The notes beneath the pieces are model-generated. The model had not been told where the DNA came from. It was given only the letters and a program-made list of their open reading frames with translations, and made no database searches. DNA of 64,000 nt from contig NC_090411.1 of NCBI RefSeq assembly GCF_036365525.1, forward strand, positions 31,822,432 through 31,886,431, read 5' to 3'. This document shows positions 13,531 to 30,835 of this stretch, in pieces (position 1 is the stretch's first letter; every line of letters starts with the position of its first letter). This stretch comes from Heterodontus francisci (Eukaryota). A program made the translations under genes and the position numbers.

Positions 13531-15585
13531 ATGGCTTCCCAAGTGTGTCAGAACTACCACAAGGACTGTGAGGATGCTGTTAACAAGCAGATCAACCTGG
13601 AGCTCTATTCCTCCTATGTTTACCTGTCCATGGTGAGTTTTGTATTCCTTGTTACTACATCCTTAAAAAGTTGGAATTTCTCCATTTCAATGAACTGGCT
13701 TGTAGTTATATTTCTCTTAATTTCTTTACCTGGGAAGAAACATCTTTGGGCAGCGTGTGCTTCAAGTGTGTAAGACAGGGTGATGTTGAGTTAATGGATT
13801 GTTCCTTGTAGCAGCTGCTCTCTATTGAGATTTAATATATAATTAGTTCAACTGCTGTTTGAGTTTGTTACTGAATCGCATAAACTTGGTCAAGTGTTTC
13901 TTGATATTCAACAAGGTTCAATCTTATTGGGATGATTGGAGCTGATGAAATGTTGGCAGATTATTAGTTTTTGTTTTCTAATTGGCAGTGAAATCCTGAT
14001 GTTTGAAGCTTTGTTCACTGTACCTTTGATCTCTATTATAATTTTAGTATGAACCTTCTAAAATTATTGACTTTTTGGTTTAACATAGAATATGAATTGA
14101 TACGGTGCCTTTCACTATCTCAAATGTTCCAAGTGCTTTACAGCCAATGAAATTTTAAAATTCCAGCTTGCATAGTAATTTGATCCATCTGTTTTACTGG
14201 TGTGGGTTAAAGGATAAATATTCTCTAGGACACTAGAGAGAACTCTTGTTTTCAAGGCCGTGCTGAGGTATTATCCCAAACTGAGAGGGCAATTGTGGCC
14301 TTAGTTTCATTCAACTGAATGATGGGAAGTAAGGAGTGGTACCTACCCAGCTGTAGAATTTACCTTGACTTGACATGAAATGTCAACTCAAACTTTTTTT
14401 ATTTCTGTTTAGTTGTTGAATCTTCATTTATGTATATAAAGAAGAAGCTGCCAAAATCTGAAGGAATGTACTTTAGAAAAATGTTTTGGGTTTTTTTGGA
14501 AGATTGAGAACGTTAACTGAAGGGAGAAAAATCATGAACAATGTATTTAAATATAGATTCGACTCATTTAAATTATCTCCCATAGTCCTATTACTTTGAC
14601 CGGGATGATGTTGCCCTGCGTCACTTTGCTGAGTTCTTCAAGGAGCAGTCACATGAGGAATGGGAGCACGCTGAGAAACTGATAATTCCAGAATAAATGT
14701 GGAGGCCGAATAATCTTGGAGGACATCAAGGTTGGATTTAATGAAGGAGTGGCTGCCTTCTGGGTCCCTTCAAATACTTTTTAGAGCAATTTGTTCCAAT
14801 TTGATTCCATGGTTATGATGGTTTAATGCAGTAATTCTATATTCTTGTGACACATTGGTTCCTGGCAACATGGATTTCTGGTTGCTTTTCACCCCTGTTT
14901 TCCTGGTACTGTTAAGTGTTTGTTTTTGTTTAATTCATTGTAAGTGAAGTTTCTGACTTTCCTCTTCAGAAGACGGAGCAGGATGAGTGGAGCAATGGTC
15001 TGGAAGCAATGCAGAGAGCTCTGCAGATGGAGAAGGATGTGAACCAGAGTCTGCTGGATCTGCACAAACTCTCCACTGGCAACACTGACCCTCATGTAAG
15101 TTCTTGATATTTAACACGCACTTTTTTAAGTTTACACTTGCCTATTCAAAAGATTTGTATGCCTAATAGTTGTCTGTCTTGAATATTTTGGGGAAACGAT
15201 GGGTGTGCAAGGGAATTAGTTAGCATCTTGTGGACATTGAGCAAATGTGACCCAGATGCTGAGTGCCTATTGCGCATGTTTTAAACTTGATGTAGTTGAT
15301 GAATTAATGCAATTAATCTCAATTGCATCACTTGACTATCCTCTCGTGCAATGGGATTAAAATGAAAGATCATGCACTCCTTCTTTCTGCTGCTGGACAT
15401 AACTAGTTTTTCCCTTTTTTTTGTTTCAGCTTAGTGACTTCCTGGAGACTCACTACTCAGATGAGCAAGTGAAGATGATCAAGAAGTTTGGAGATCACAT
15501 CACCAACCTGAAGAGACTGGGAGCCCCTGAGAATAGCATGGGAGAGTACCTGTTTGACAAGCTCACCCTGGGGGAGAGTGACTGA
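13531..15585 (+). pseudogene. Ferritin copy 2, frameshifted pseudogene
   Basis: Exons 13531-13632, 14586-14730 (145 nt, 2-nt deletion giving CTG ATA ATT CCA GAA TAA), 14970-15095, 15430-15585; also R60W, P85T, C127S, L135S, L145F; degenerate TATA, kappaB and poly(A) motifs. Confidence 0.9.
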
Positions 15586-17179
15586 ACTGACTGCAGAAAT
15601 CAAACTTTATTGCATTTAGTGCTTGTTTATGTAATTGTGTGGGAGATCATCTTCCTCTAGGAAATAATGGCTTCTGACTTTCAACTAAGAATTAAAGACG
15701 ATCTGTGATATATAACTATAAATGTTCAATATTGAAGTGAGTTTTGTTTCATTCATCAGGTGGATGCTTGATGTAAGCTGAATTCCACTGGTAACTTTAT
15801 CTTGGATTTCAGGCTTGTACTGTTTTCTGTTCCAACCTGGGATCTCTGTGGGGACTTGGACATTTTCAGCCATATGCTAAATATCCAATTTCAAGTGGGA
15901 GCAAATTTTTATTGCAACCAGCCATGAAGTGAACAACACTGACTTTTTTTTAATATCTCTTACTATAGTTTAAAAAGGTGACTAGGTTGTTTATCAAAAT
16001 TGACATAAGACAGGTGCCCAAAAGCTTAGCCAGAGGTATCTTTTAGGGAGTAAACACTGGAGTTTAGGGGTCTAGGCAGCTAAATGCAAGGAAATGTGTC
16101 CTATGCATGGTTCTTCTCTCTATCAATGGAACATCTGTTAACACCTCATACACTGAAATATCAGCAAATGTAACTTTGCATTAATTATTAGAGGATATTT
16201 TGCAGCAAATTCGTTTTGTATGATTTCAGACTTGGGATCGATCCTACTAATGCTGTGGGATGAGAAGTTTAGTATTCAAGTAAACTTCTACCAGTCCTAG
16301 TCTGAGTTCTTACTGTGGGTTACACCTGCTGTAGCTCACTCAGCTAGCTGCATACCTGCTGCGTCAGCCTTCCTGGTCAGCTTTGGCTGTAATGCTCACA
16401 AGGGCAATGTTCTGCAAATTCAAAGTACTAAAGGGAATAACAATTGGGTGGCTGGGAAGTCAACCAGAAATGCCATAATTTCACTGGCCATGAGGAGGGG
16501 GGAAGAGGAGAAAGCATAGATTCCTTGCTGGGAAAGGATTGAACTTAATTCTGGAAAACAAAATTCTTGCATTTCTTACTCTATTCTCATTAGGTTCTTG
16601 ATATCAATAGAAGCTTGGGTAGGGAACAGGAGAATGTGTGGAACTGTACTTTAATCCTTCTGGAAGGTGTGAACATATTTCATTAAATACACAAAGCAAA
16701 TAACTTCAAAGAATTAAAATGATATTTATCCTTTTATTGACCACCACACCCCAACCTCTTACATTTTCTCTTCAAGTTATAAGTCCAATACCAGCAGCTC
16801 CTCCATACATATATCAATTTGTATTTAGGTACATTGTACATTTCATACCAAATAGGAATCATCCATTCCAAATCCTGTTAGATCTCCATTTGTCTCCTTT
16901 ACCCCTATTAATAGATTCATCTGTTGATGCTGCAGCTGTAATTGTCCCAGTGTTTACAAGTTAAATTTAGGAACGCAGGTGAGAACTGCAGTGAGTGCAA
17001 TCAAATTGCAGTCTTCAATGTTCCCTATAAGCCCTGCAGCAATTGTGTGTGGGCCGTGCACAGAACAAATAAGTTGTGCCCAGGCAGTGGTCCCTTCAAG
17101 ATGCATGCATAGCTGCTTAGAGATGTTTAAGGGAATTATAAGGAACGGTGGTCTTTGGTCATTCCACGTTAAAGTCTTT

Positions 17180-17590
17180 GCCCCTATCACCCCTGTGCTC
17201 GCTGACCTACATTGGCTCCCAGTCAAGCATTATCTTGATTTTAAACTTCTCATTCTTGTTTATATAGCCTCAAACCACATCCCCCTCCCCCATTTCTGTA
17301 ATTTCCTCCAGGCCCACAACACTCCAAGATTTCTGCCCTTTCGAGCATCCCTGATTCTAATCGCTTCAGCATTGGTGGCCGTGCCTTCAGTTCTCTAGGT
17401 CCCAAGTTCTGGAATACGCTCCCTATACCTCACCACCTCACTTTCCTCCTTAAAACCTACCTCTTTGACTAATCCTTTGGTTATCTGACTTAATATCTCC
17501 TTATGTTGCTTGGCATTATACTTTGTTTTATAATGCTGCTGTGAAGCACCTTGGGACATAGTATTACATTAAAAGCACTATATAAATATA
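17180..17590 (+). mobile_element. L2-like LINE 3' fragment
   Basis: PITPVLADLHWLPVK..DFKLLILVY motif typical of the L2 ORF2 C-terminus, followed by a 3' tail. Confidence 0.65.
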
Positions 17591-17591
17591 A

Positions 17592-17730
17592 CATAAAAGC
17601 AAAATACTGCAGATGATGGAAATCTGAAATAAAAATAATAAATGCTGGAAGTACTCAGCAGGTCTGGCAGCATCTGTGGAGAGAGAAGCAGAGTTAACCT
17701 TGCAGGTCAGTGACCCTTCTTCAGAATATA
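17592..17730 (-). mobile_element. Penelope-derived terminal fragment
   Basis: Reverse complement of the CACAGATGCTGCCAGACCTGCTGAG terminal motif seen at ~3910 and ~33640. Confidence 0.6.
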
Positions 17731-18288
17731 ATATATTGTTATTTCCTTGAGCTTTTCACATTGATCAACATCCCTACTCCCTATAGGTAGTGATACTGAA
17801 TTTATAGTGGTCCTGTCGAAAGGATCAATCAATAGTTTCATCAGAACCAGTAACCACAGGCCTTATACAAAGTCTCTGCTGTTACAATCTGGAATGCACT
17901 GCCTGTAAGTGTGATTGAAGCAGTGACAATAAAAATTTTGAAGAGGGAATTGGGTTTAAACATTAAAAAATTGCAGGAATATGGGGAAAGAGAACAGAGT
18001 GGGACTAATTGGATAGTTCTTTCAAAGAGCTAGCACAGGTATAATGGGCTGAATGGACCTCTGTGTGCTGTTTGACTCGATGATGAACCAGAGAGTTAGA
18101 GAACATCTGAATCTCATTCGATCAGTTTCAAATATTCTTTAGCTCATTGAAAGTTGACCATGAAAAGAACTCATTTAATATACAGAATTATCAGGCAGGA
18201 AATGACCAGCTTGTCCATTAAGCCTGCCCTAAAACACACTACAGTAAGTGGAGATGTGGCTGTGGGTGACACCGTATTCAGTAATGTA

Positions 18289-18370
18289 GGGCGGCGCAGT
18301 GGTTAGCACCGCAGCCTCACAGCTCCAGCAACCCGGGTTCAATTCTGGGTACTGCCTGTGTGGAGTTTGC
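18289..18370 (+). mobile_element. Truncated V-SINE/HE1-like SINE head at a deletion junction
   Basis: GGGCGGCGCAGTGGTTAGCACCGCAGCCTCACAGCTCCAG...GAGTTTGC, same family as 44541-44898. Confidence 0.75.
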
Positions 18371-18620
18371 ATTAAATGCACAAAGCAAACACAAATTCCC
18401 CAAAATGAGTTAGAAATATTTCTCCTCCTTCCCAACTGACACTAACTGCCCCACAAAAAAAAAATTCTCTCCAATTTATAAACCCAATACCGGCAACTGC
18501 TCCATAAATTTGTCAGTTTGTATCTGGGCATATTGTACATTTCATACCAAATAAGAATCATTTCTCTTATTGGTTTTCTACTTGTCTCCTTCACTCCTAC
18601 AGATGAATTCAAATGTTAAA

Positions 18621-21400
18621 TGTCTTCTGCTTTGGCCTCCTTGTCTTGAGAGACAATGGGTAAGCGCCTGGAGGTGGTCAGTGGTTTGTGAAGTAACGCC
18701 TGGAGTGTCGATAAAGGCCAATTCTAGAGTGACAGACTCTTCCACAGGTGCTGCAAATAAAATTGGTTGTCGGGGCTGTTACACAGTTGGCTCCCTCCTT
18801 GCGCTTCTGTCTTTTTTCCTGCCAACTGCTAAGTGTCTTCGACTCGCCACGCTTTAGCCCCGCCTTTATGGCTGCCAACCAGCTCTGGCGATCGCTGGCA
18901 ACTGACTTCCACGACTTGTGATCAATGTCACAGGACTTCATGTCGCATTTGCAGACGCCTTTAAAGCGGAGACATGGACGGCCGGTGGGTCTGGTACCAG
19001 TGACGAGCTCGCTGTACAATGTGTCCTTGGGGATCCTGCCATCTTCCATGCGGCTCACATGGCCAAGCCATCTCAGGCGCCGCTGGCTCAGTAGGGTGTA
19101 TATGCTGGGGATGTTGGCCGCCTCGAGGACTTCTGTGTTGGAGATACGGTCCTGCCACCTGATGCCAAGGATTTTCCGGAAGCAGCGAAGATGGAATGAA
19201 TTGAGACGTTGCTCTTGGCTAACGTACGTTGTCCAGGCCTTGCTGCCGTAGAGCAAGGTACTGAGGATACAGGCTTGATACACTTGGACATTTGTGTTCC
19301 GTGTCAGTGCGCCATTTTCCTACACTCTCTTGGCCAGTCTGGACATAGCAGAGGAAGCCTTTCCCATGCGCTTGTTTAATTCTGCATTGAGAGGCAGGTT
19401 TCTGGTGATAGTTGAGCCTAGGTAGGTGAACTCTTGAACCACTTTCAGAGTGTGGTTGCCAATATTGATGGATGGGGCATTTCTGACATCCTGTCCCATG
19501 ATGTTCATTTTCTTGAGCTGATGGTTAGGCCAAATTCATTGCAGGCAGCCGCAAACCTGTCGATGAGTCTCTGCAGACACTCTTAAGTGTGAGATGTTAA
19601 TGCAGCATCATCATCAAAGAGGAGTTCCCTGATGAGGACTTTCCGTATTTTGGTCTTCGCTTTTAGATGGGCAAGGTTGAACAACCTGCCACCTGATCTT
19701 GTGTGGAGGAAAAATCCTTCTTCTGAAGACTTGAACGCATGTGAGAGCAGCAGGGAGAAGAAGATCTCAAACAGTGTAGGTGCCAGAACACAGCCCTGTT
19801 TCACGCCACTCAGGATTGGAAAGGGGTCTGATGAGGTGCCGCTATGCTAAATTGTGCCTTTCATATTGTCACGGAATGAGGTGATGATACTTAGTAGCTT
19901 TGGTGGGCATCCAATCCTTTCTAGTAGTCTGAAGAGACCACGTCTGCTGACGAGGTCAAAGGCTTTGGTGAGATCAATGAAAGCAACGTAGAGGGGCATC
20001 TGTTGTTCGCAGCATTTCTCCTGTAGCTGGTGAAGGGCGCACAGCATGTCAATGGTGGATCTCTTTGCTCGAAAGCCACACTGTGCCTCAGGATAGACGC
20101 GCTCAGCCAGCTTCTGGAGCCTGTTTAAGGCGCAACGAGCGAAGACTTTCCCCACTATGCTGAGCAGGGAGATTCCACGGTAGTTGTTGCAGTCACCCTT
20201 GTTCTTATAAGAGGGTGATGATATTGGCATTGCGCATGTCCTGTGGTACTGATCCCTTGTCCCGGCATAGGCAAAGCAGTTCGTGCAGTGCTGAAAGTAT
20301 AGCAGGCTTGGCACTCTTGATTATTTCAGGGGTAATGCCGTCCTTCCCAGGGGCTATTCCGCTGGCTAGAGAATCAATGGCATCACTGAGTTCCGATTTT
20401 GTTGGCTGTACGTCCAGCTCGTCCATGACTGGCAGAGACAAGGCTGCATTGAGGGCGGTCTCAGTGACAACATTCTCCCTGGAATACAGTTCTAGGTCGT
20501 GTTCCACCCAGAGGTCCATTTGCTTGTGTTGGTCAGTGATTGTGTCCCTGATTTAGATTTGAGGGGGGCAATCTTCTTGATGGTTGGCCCAAAAGCTCTC
20601 TTAATGCCATCATACATTCCTCTGATATTTCCTGTGTCAGAGGCCAGCTGAATATGACTGCATAGGTGTTGCCAGTAGTCATTTGCGCAGCGCCTGGCTG
20701 TTCTTTGTGCCGCGCTTCTGGCTGCTTTAAGTGCGACGGATGTTAACTCGCTGGGGCTTTCTTGTAGTTCAGCAGTGCGATGCGCTTAGCGGCTATGACA
20801 GGTTCCAGCTCTTCAAAGTGAGATTGAAACCAGTCTGCATTCCGCTTCACACGATTGCCATAGGTGGTCATTGCAGAGTCATAGATGGAGTCTCTGATGT
20901 GGGCCCACTTGGTCTCTGCATCCCCTGTGGGAGTGTTTTGGAGGGCTTTTTCAAGTGAATTTAGAAACTTGCGTAACAGCTGTGGATGAGAAATTCTGCT
21001 AGTGTTGATGCGCGGGCGGCCCTTCTGCTTGGAGTGATGCAGCTTCTTTGGTTTGGGGCTAACCTTGCTGCACACCAGGGAGTGATCAGTATCGCAGTCC
21101 GCACTGTGGAAGCTGCGTGTGATTTGAACACTGTTTAAAGAGGCTCGCCTTGTGACGATGAGGTCCAGCTGGTGCCAACGACGTGATCTTGGGTGCCTGC
21201 AAGAAACCTGGTGACAGGGTTTAGTGTGAAAGAACGAGTTGGTGATGCAGAGGTTATGATAGGTACACAACTCAAGCAGTCTCTGTCCATTCTCATTCAT
21301 CCTTCCAATGCCAAAGCACCCAAGGCAGGAGGGCCATGAGTCATGGTCGGCCCCAACCCTGGCATTAAAGTCCCCCAGCAGGATTAGGTGTTCGGTGTTG
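18621..21400 (-). mobile_element. RTE-clade LINE (APE endonuclease + RT), decayed
   Basis: Minus-strand ORF fragments with LLGDFNARVG, NENGQRLLELC, DLIVTR, TDHSLV (APE); NYRGISLLS, FIDLTKAFDLV, KQGCVLAPTLF, LFDDD (RT); RRLRWLGHVSRM and C-terminal CxxC..HS zinc knuckle. Confidence 0.93.
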
Positions 21401-23164
21401 AATGTAAGCATTGGATAATTACAGTTGCAACAGGTTAATTTTAGGAACTTAGTTGAGAAATACAGTCCTCAGTCAGTCCATATTAATGTTATTGCATCTC
21501 AAAGAAGTTATCAGTCACCTTTGATCTTTGCTATCAAGGAAATTCATTTTTTATCCTTGTGATATGAGGGTCACTTGTAAGGTTTACCCATCCCTAGTTG
21601 CTCTTGCTAGGTCATTTCAGAGGGCAGTTAAGAGTCAACCAGTGTTGTGGGTCTGCAGTTGCATGTAAGCTGCCAGGCAAGGATGGCATATTTTTTCCTC
21701 AGAAGGTCATTGGTGAAGCAGACTTGGTTTATGTAACACCTTTTTTAACATTGGCAAAAGTCCTAAAAGAATCTTAATGTTTTACAAACAACATTTGATA
21801 CTGAGCCCACATGAGTAGGGAGGTGACCAAAGCCTTAGTCAAAGTAGGTTTTAGGGAGCGAATGTTAGAGAGTGAGACCTAAGTAAGTATTACTGCTGGG
21901 ACTGAGTCTTCTCTGCCTTGATGACCACTTTCTCTAACTCTTCAAAATAGCAGCGACTGCAACTTTGTTAAAATGCAATGGATGTTTCCCAGTGATGTGG
22001 TATTGCACCAATTAAGTTGAAGAATAAAACTTATTTTAAGGCTGACAGGGCAGTTTTGAGTATTTCATAAGCTAACAATCCTGTTCTAACTTCCTTCTTG
22101 TGATTAAACCAAACAGCTGCTTTAGATTTTCTAGGATGCTTTGTAAGTGTAGTAGTTTCATTATTGTTAATGTGATTAGTATTTAATTCTGGATTTATTA
22201 ATTGAATTTAAAATTCCCCCCATCTGCCATGCTGGGATTTGAACTTGTCTCCACAGCATTGGTGAAGGTCTCTGGATTACTAGACCAGGAACAGTAACAT
22301 TATAATGCCGTCAATGCCTTGAGCTTTTCATAGCCATCGACATCCCTACTCCCTACAAGTAGTGATACTGAATTCAAAGAGGTCCTGTGGAAAGGATCAA
22401 TCATTAGTTCCCACAGAACCAGTAACCACAGGCCTTATACAACGTCTCTGCTATCCACCTGGGTGGCCATTGAGTGACCATGTGATGTCCATCAGTTTGG
22501 TCGAAACCCTTTGTGACCGCAGGACATTCACTGCATCTCGGATACTTTTTGACCAGAACAGGTGTAAATACCTGGATACATTTTCTGTTCAGGTGGATCA
22601 ACTGTGCCCATTGGTGACATCTCTCCTGAGAGACTCGTGCCTGTAGTGTGATTAGTGGTTCCGGATGGGAATCACTGCCACCCTGTCTTGCCCATCTAAA
22701 ACAGAGATTTAATCCAAAACAACACATCACCTAATCCAGCACTGGACAACTTCTGCAATGAAACCGGATGTCAACAGAGAAACACCAACATGAGGCAAAA
22801 GAACCAGATCAGGCCAGATTATAAAGAACCACCTCAATGAAAGTAACAAATTATCACATAATTCATATACAGGCATTAAACAAAGACACATCTTCAAATT
22901 TGAAGGTCAATTAACCCAAAAGCTGTGACATCATTGAGACTATTCTTTCAAAACTTCCTGTATTCCTGGGCTCTGCGTATCACTGCCCTCCCCCCAATTT
23001 CCCCTCCTCTGTTAACTGGTGCATAGATTCATGGGAAATTCCTGATAGCCAATCATCATTGGTAATGTCATTCCCTGTTTGAATGCAGCCTCTCCCAGTA
23101 GTATAAATACAAGAGCTTGTGTTAGAAAGTATAAGTTCTGGAAGTTTCTAGCGGGCGAGTGAGT

Positions 23165-25008
<1,844 letters not shown>

Positions 25009-26629
25009 CTGAACTGACTGCAGGAAACTATCTTGTGTTTAGTCCTCCATCTCAATAGTGGGGAATGATGGCTTTTGACTGGAAAGAGCAATGAGACATT
25101 GGCTCTGACTGTGCAATGTAATACCTGTCACTAGCTGAAAATAAACTTGATATTGGATTTTGTCTCCTTGTAGTGGTTCATTTTGCTGATTTCACACTTA
25201 CTCTTGTCTAATGTAAAGCAAATTAACACTTGCAAAGGGGTCATGCCTATTTTTTTTTTCTGCCTGGGGTAATAGTAGTTGATCAGACACATGTTGATAT
25301 AGTTGAAGTTCTGCAGAGCTTGCAAACTATATTCATGTATTTTGCTATGTTGCAAACAGACTCGAGACTAATGCCATAATGTAGCTTCAAGCATTCAAAG
25401 GCGATTCAGTCAAACCTTGGCATTGCCATATGAGGTATTACACCTGTACTCAAAAGCTTGGCCAGAGGTAAGTCTCGATTATCTTCCAGGAAGTTGAGGG
25501 ATGTTTCAGATGTTGAGGCTTAACTGAACAAAAGCACCTGGTCCCACTGCATTAACATTTTGTCCATAAATGACAACTATCATTAATCTCTCTAACAAAA
25601 TCAAAGCTTTGTATTCTGCAGCAAGAGAAACAGTTTCCAGTAAATTAATGCTACATCACTTCAAGCCAGTAAACAAAAACTTCTAGCTGGTCATGCTAAT
25701 CAAAAAGCACATGATAGTAAATTGCCCCATACCTGTTTGTTACTGGCAGGGAACTCACTAAAGTAAAATACGGCTACTCTATAATGTTGTAGTAAGCTTG
25801 ATGGGCAAAGAAGTAAATAAGAGTCATCCAGACCAGGACTGATCTGAACTCTCCAATGCTTGGGCCAACAATTGGGTAAGGGTGGGGGGTGGTGGTGCAG
25901 CAGTAATAAGGAATTCTAAGTTCCAATCAGCTGGTTATCTGCATATTGGAAAGATATGGATACCTATTGAGTTTGGGCTGGAGGGAGGGCTCCCACTGCA
26001 CCCCACTCAACATTCAGTATCTTTGTTTCCCACAAGAATCAAGTGTTGATGGCTGAAGAGTAGCTGTAAAACTGTACACCGACATATGTAATGCTATTGA
26101 AAGGATAAATGTTTTTCATTAAATGCACAAAGCAGAACGGTGAATAGATATTTCTCCTGGAAAGTGTATTTTTTTCCCTCCACATGCCTGTTCCATTAAT
26201 TTATAAAACTAACATCAGCTGCTCCATAAATGGAACAGTTTGTGTTTAGTCCTATTGTGCATTTCATATCAAAGAGCAATCATCCTTTCTGAATCCTGTT
26301 GGATCTCCATTTGTCTCCTTCACCCCAGTGAATAGAATCAAATGGTGTTGATGGAATAATTCACTCTTTACAAGTCAATTTTAGGAATTTAGTTGAGTCC
26401 TGCACTGGGAGCAATGAAATTCAGTCTTCGATCATTCCACGTAGATGTCTTTGCATCTCTTAAAGGCACTTTTTGGGTATTGTCAGCACATTTCATACAT
26501 TGTGCTACAATTCTATGACTTGGGTCGGATTTGCATGCTAATGGGTTTGATGGCTTCATGTTTCAGACAAAACAAAATCTTCAGCTGGCACAATGTGAAA
26601 GCTTTACAGGTGCCTGTGTTTTAAGAATT

Positions 26630-27140
26630 ACATTGAATTTACAGTACAGAGAAAGGCTATTTGGCCCAACAGCTCCGTATCAGTGTGTATGCTCTATGAG
26701 TCTCCTCCTAGCCCTATTAGCAGAGCCTATTCCTTTCTCCCACTATTTATGTAACTTCCCCTTGAATACATCTATGCTCTTTGCCTCAACTACTCATTGT
26801 GGTAGCAATTGCCACATATTAAACATTAAAAGATTTCTTCTGAGCTTCCTGTTGGGTTTATTAGTGTCTATCTTATATTCCTGGCTCTAGTTTTGGACTC
26901 CCCATAAATGGAAATATTTTTCCTAAGACTACTCTATCAAAACACCTTCAGAATTTTAAAGACTTCTATCAGTTCACCATTCAGTCTTCTCTTTTCTAGA
27001 GAAATGAACCTCAGCCTGACTAACCATTCCTGATATGTATTACGTCTGCTATCATCTTGTAAATCTTCTTTGCACCTTCTTTCGTGCCTCTTATTTTGTA
27101 ATTATGGATCCCAGAATTGTCCCTCGGCACCAAGGTTCTA
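26630..27140 (-). mobile_element. Old CR1-like LINE 3' fragment
   Basis: Reverse-complement CR1 tail (ACAGTACAGAGAAAGGCTATTTGGCCC) and CTTCTCTTTTCTAGAGAA..TCTTCTTTGCACC motifs. Confidence 0.55.
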
Positions 27141-28665
27141 TACAAGCTTAATATGCTGGACTGGTGCAAGCATTCCCCATCCTGAGGTCACAACTGGGCT
27201 AATGGTAAACTGTTCACATCTCACCAAATTAGGAGGTCAATATTCACCACACTCCATGCTGATAAGTTTCTTATAGACTGACTGCAAAGCAGCTCAGCTG
27301 TGGTAACAGCTCCCTGAGTGATGGGTGAGAGAAAACACATTTTGTTTTTAAGGAGTAGAAATTTCTGTGTTATTTGAATGGATTATGTGATGGGAGAAAC
27401 CATGTAAAGGAAAGGTAACGCTAATGGGTTCTGGTTCGAAAGAAACTAAAAATGAGAATAGCACACTCTGGTGTAGGTTGCATAACACACCAAGACATTT
27501 CAGTCACCTTATTAAACTTTGCTGTTGTGTGAAAATTCACAAATGGCAAAGGTTGTTTATCATCACCTTGAGCTTTTCATACTGATCAACATCTCTACTC
27601 CCTATAGGAAGTGATATTGAATTTAGAGGTCCTGTGGAAAGGATCAATCAATAGTTCCCTAAGAACCAGTAACTACAGGCCTTGATCAAAGTCTCTGGGG
27701 TCCACCTAGGTGGCCCTTATGTGACCACATGATGTCCGTCAGTTAGTCAAAGACTTTTGCACAGCGAGTTGTTGTGATTTGGAGTGCACTGCTTAAAAGG
27801 GTGGTGGAAGCAGATTTAATACTAATTTTGAAGAGGATATATGCTTGAAAAGGTGAACAATTGTTGGGCTATCGGTAGGTGTGGGGGAGTGGGCCTAATT
27901 GGATAGGTCTTTTAAAAAGCCAGCAGAGGCAGGATGGGGTAAATGGCCTCCTTCTGTGCAGTCTGAATCTATGATGAGCCAGAGAGTTAGAGAAGATCTG
28001 AGTCTCAGTGTTTCCAACAGATTCAAATAATCTTTAGCCTCATTAAAAGTTGACTATAAAAAGGACTCATCTAACATACAGAATTGACGGGCAGGAAATG
28101 ACCAGCTAGTCCATCAAGCCTGCCCCAAAACACACTACAGCAAATGGAGACGTGTCTGTGGGTGACGCTGTATTCAGTAATGTTCACTCCATTCATTCAA
28201 GATGTTTTGATTGCTTTGATTATTGTATCAGCTCCACAGTTCCCTTCAAGTTACAAACTTGGCCAGTTTATGAAGAGCCACTTCAATGAAAGTAACAAAT
28301 TTTCATTTAATTCAAATGAGAACTTTAAACAACGAGACATTTTCAGATTTGAAGAAGGTCAAGGAACTCAAAAGCAGTGACATCATCAAGCCTAATCTCC
28401 CAAAACCTTCTGGTATTCCAAGGTTCTGATTGGCTCTGGGTCCCATCCCCTCCCCCACACCCCCTCTCCTCTGTTCATCTGTGCCTGGATTCATGCAAGA
28501 TTCCTGACTGGCTGTCAGGGGTTGCAATTATCATTGGTGATGTCATTTCCTGCTTGAATGCAGGCTGAGCCAGTGGTATAAATACAAGAGCTTGTGTTAG
28601 GTAGTATAAGTTCTGGAATTTTGTAGGCAGTAGTGAGTAGTTATTAGTGCACTGAAATAGTGAGG

Positions 28666-30835
<2,170 letters not shown>

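Noticed and set aside
13778-13890. C/D-box snoRNA reading of the intron-1 block (GTGATGT...CTGA)
   Set aside because: The C box is non-canonical and absent in several copies (e.g. 5, 7, 8)
22404-22730. 108-aa minus-strand ORF in the spacer element as a functional gene
   Set aside because: The frame is not preserved among copies; only a frameshift-mosaic reading looks protein-like
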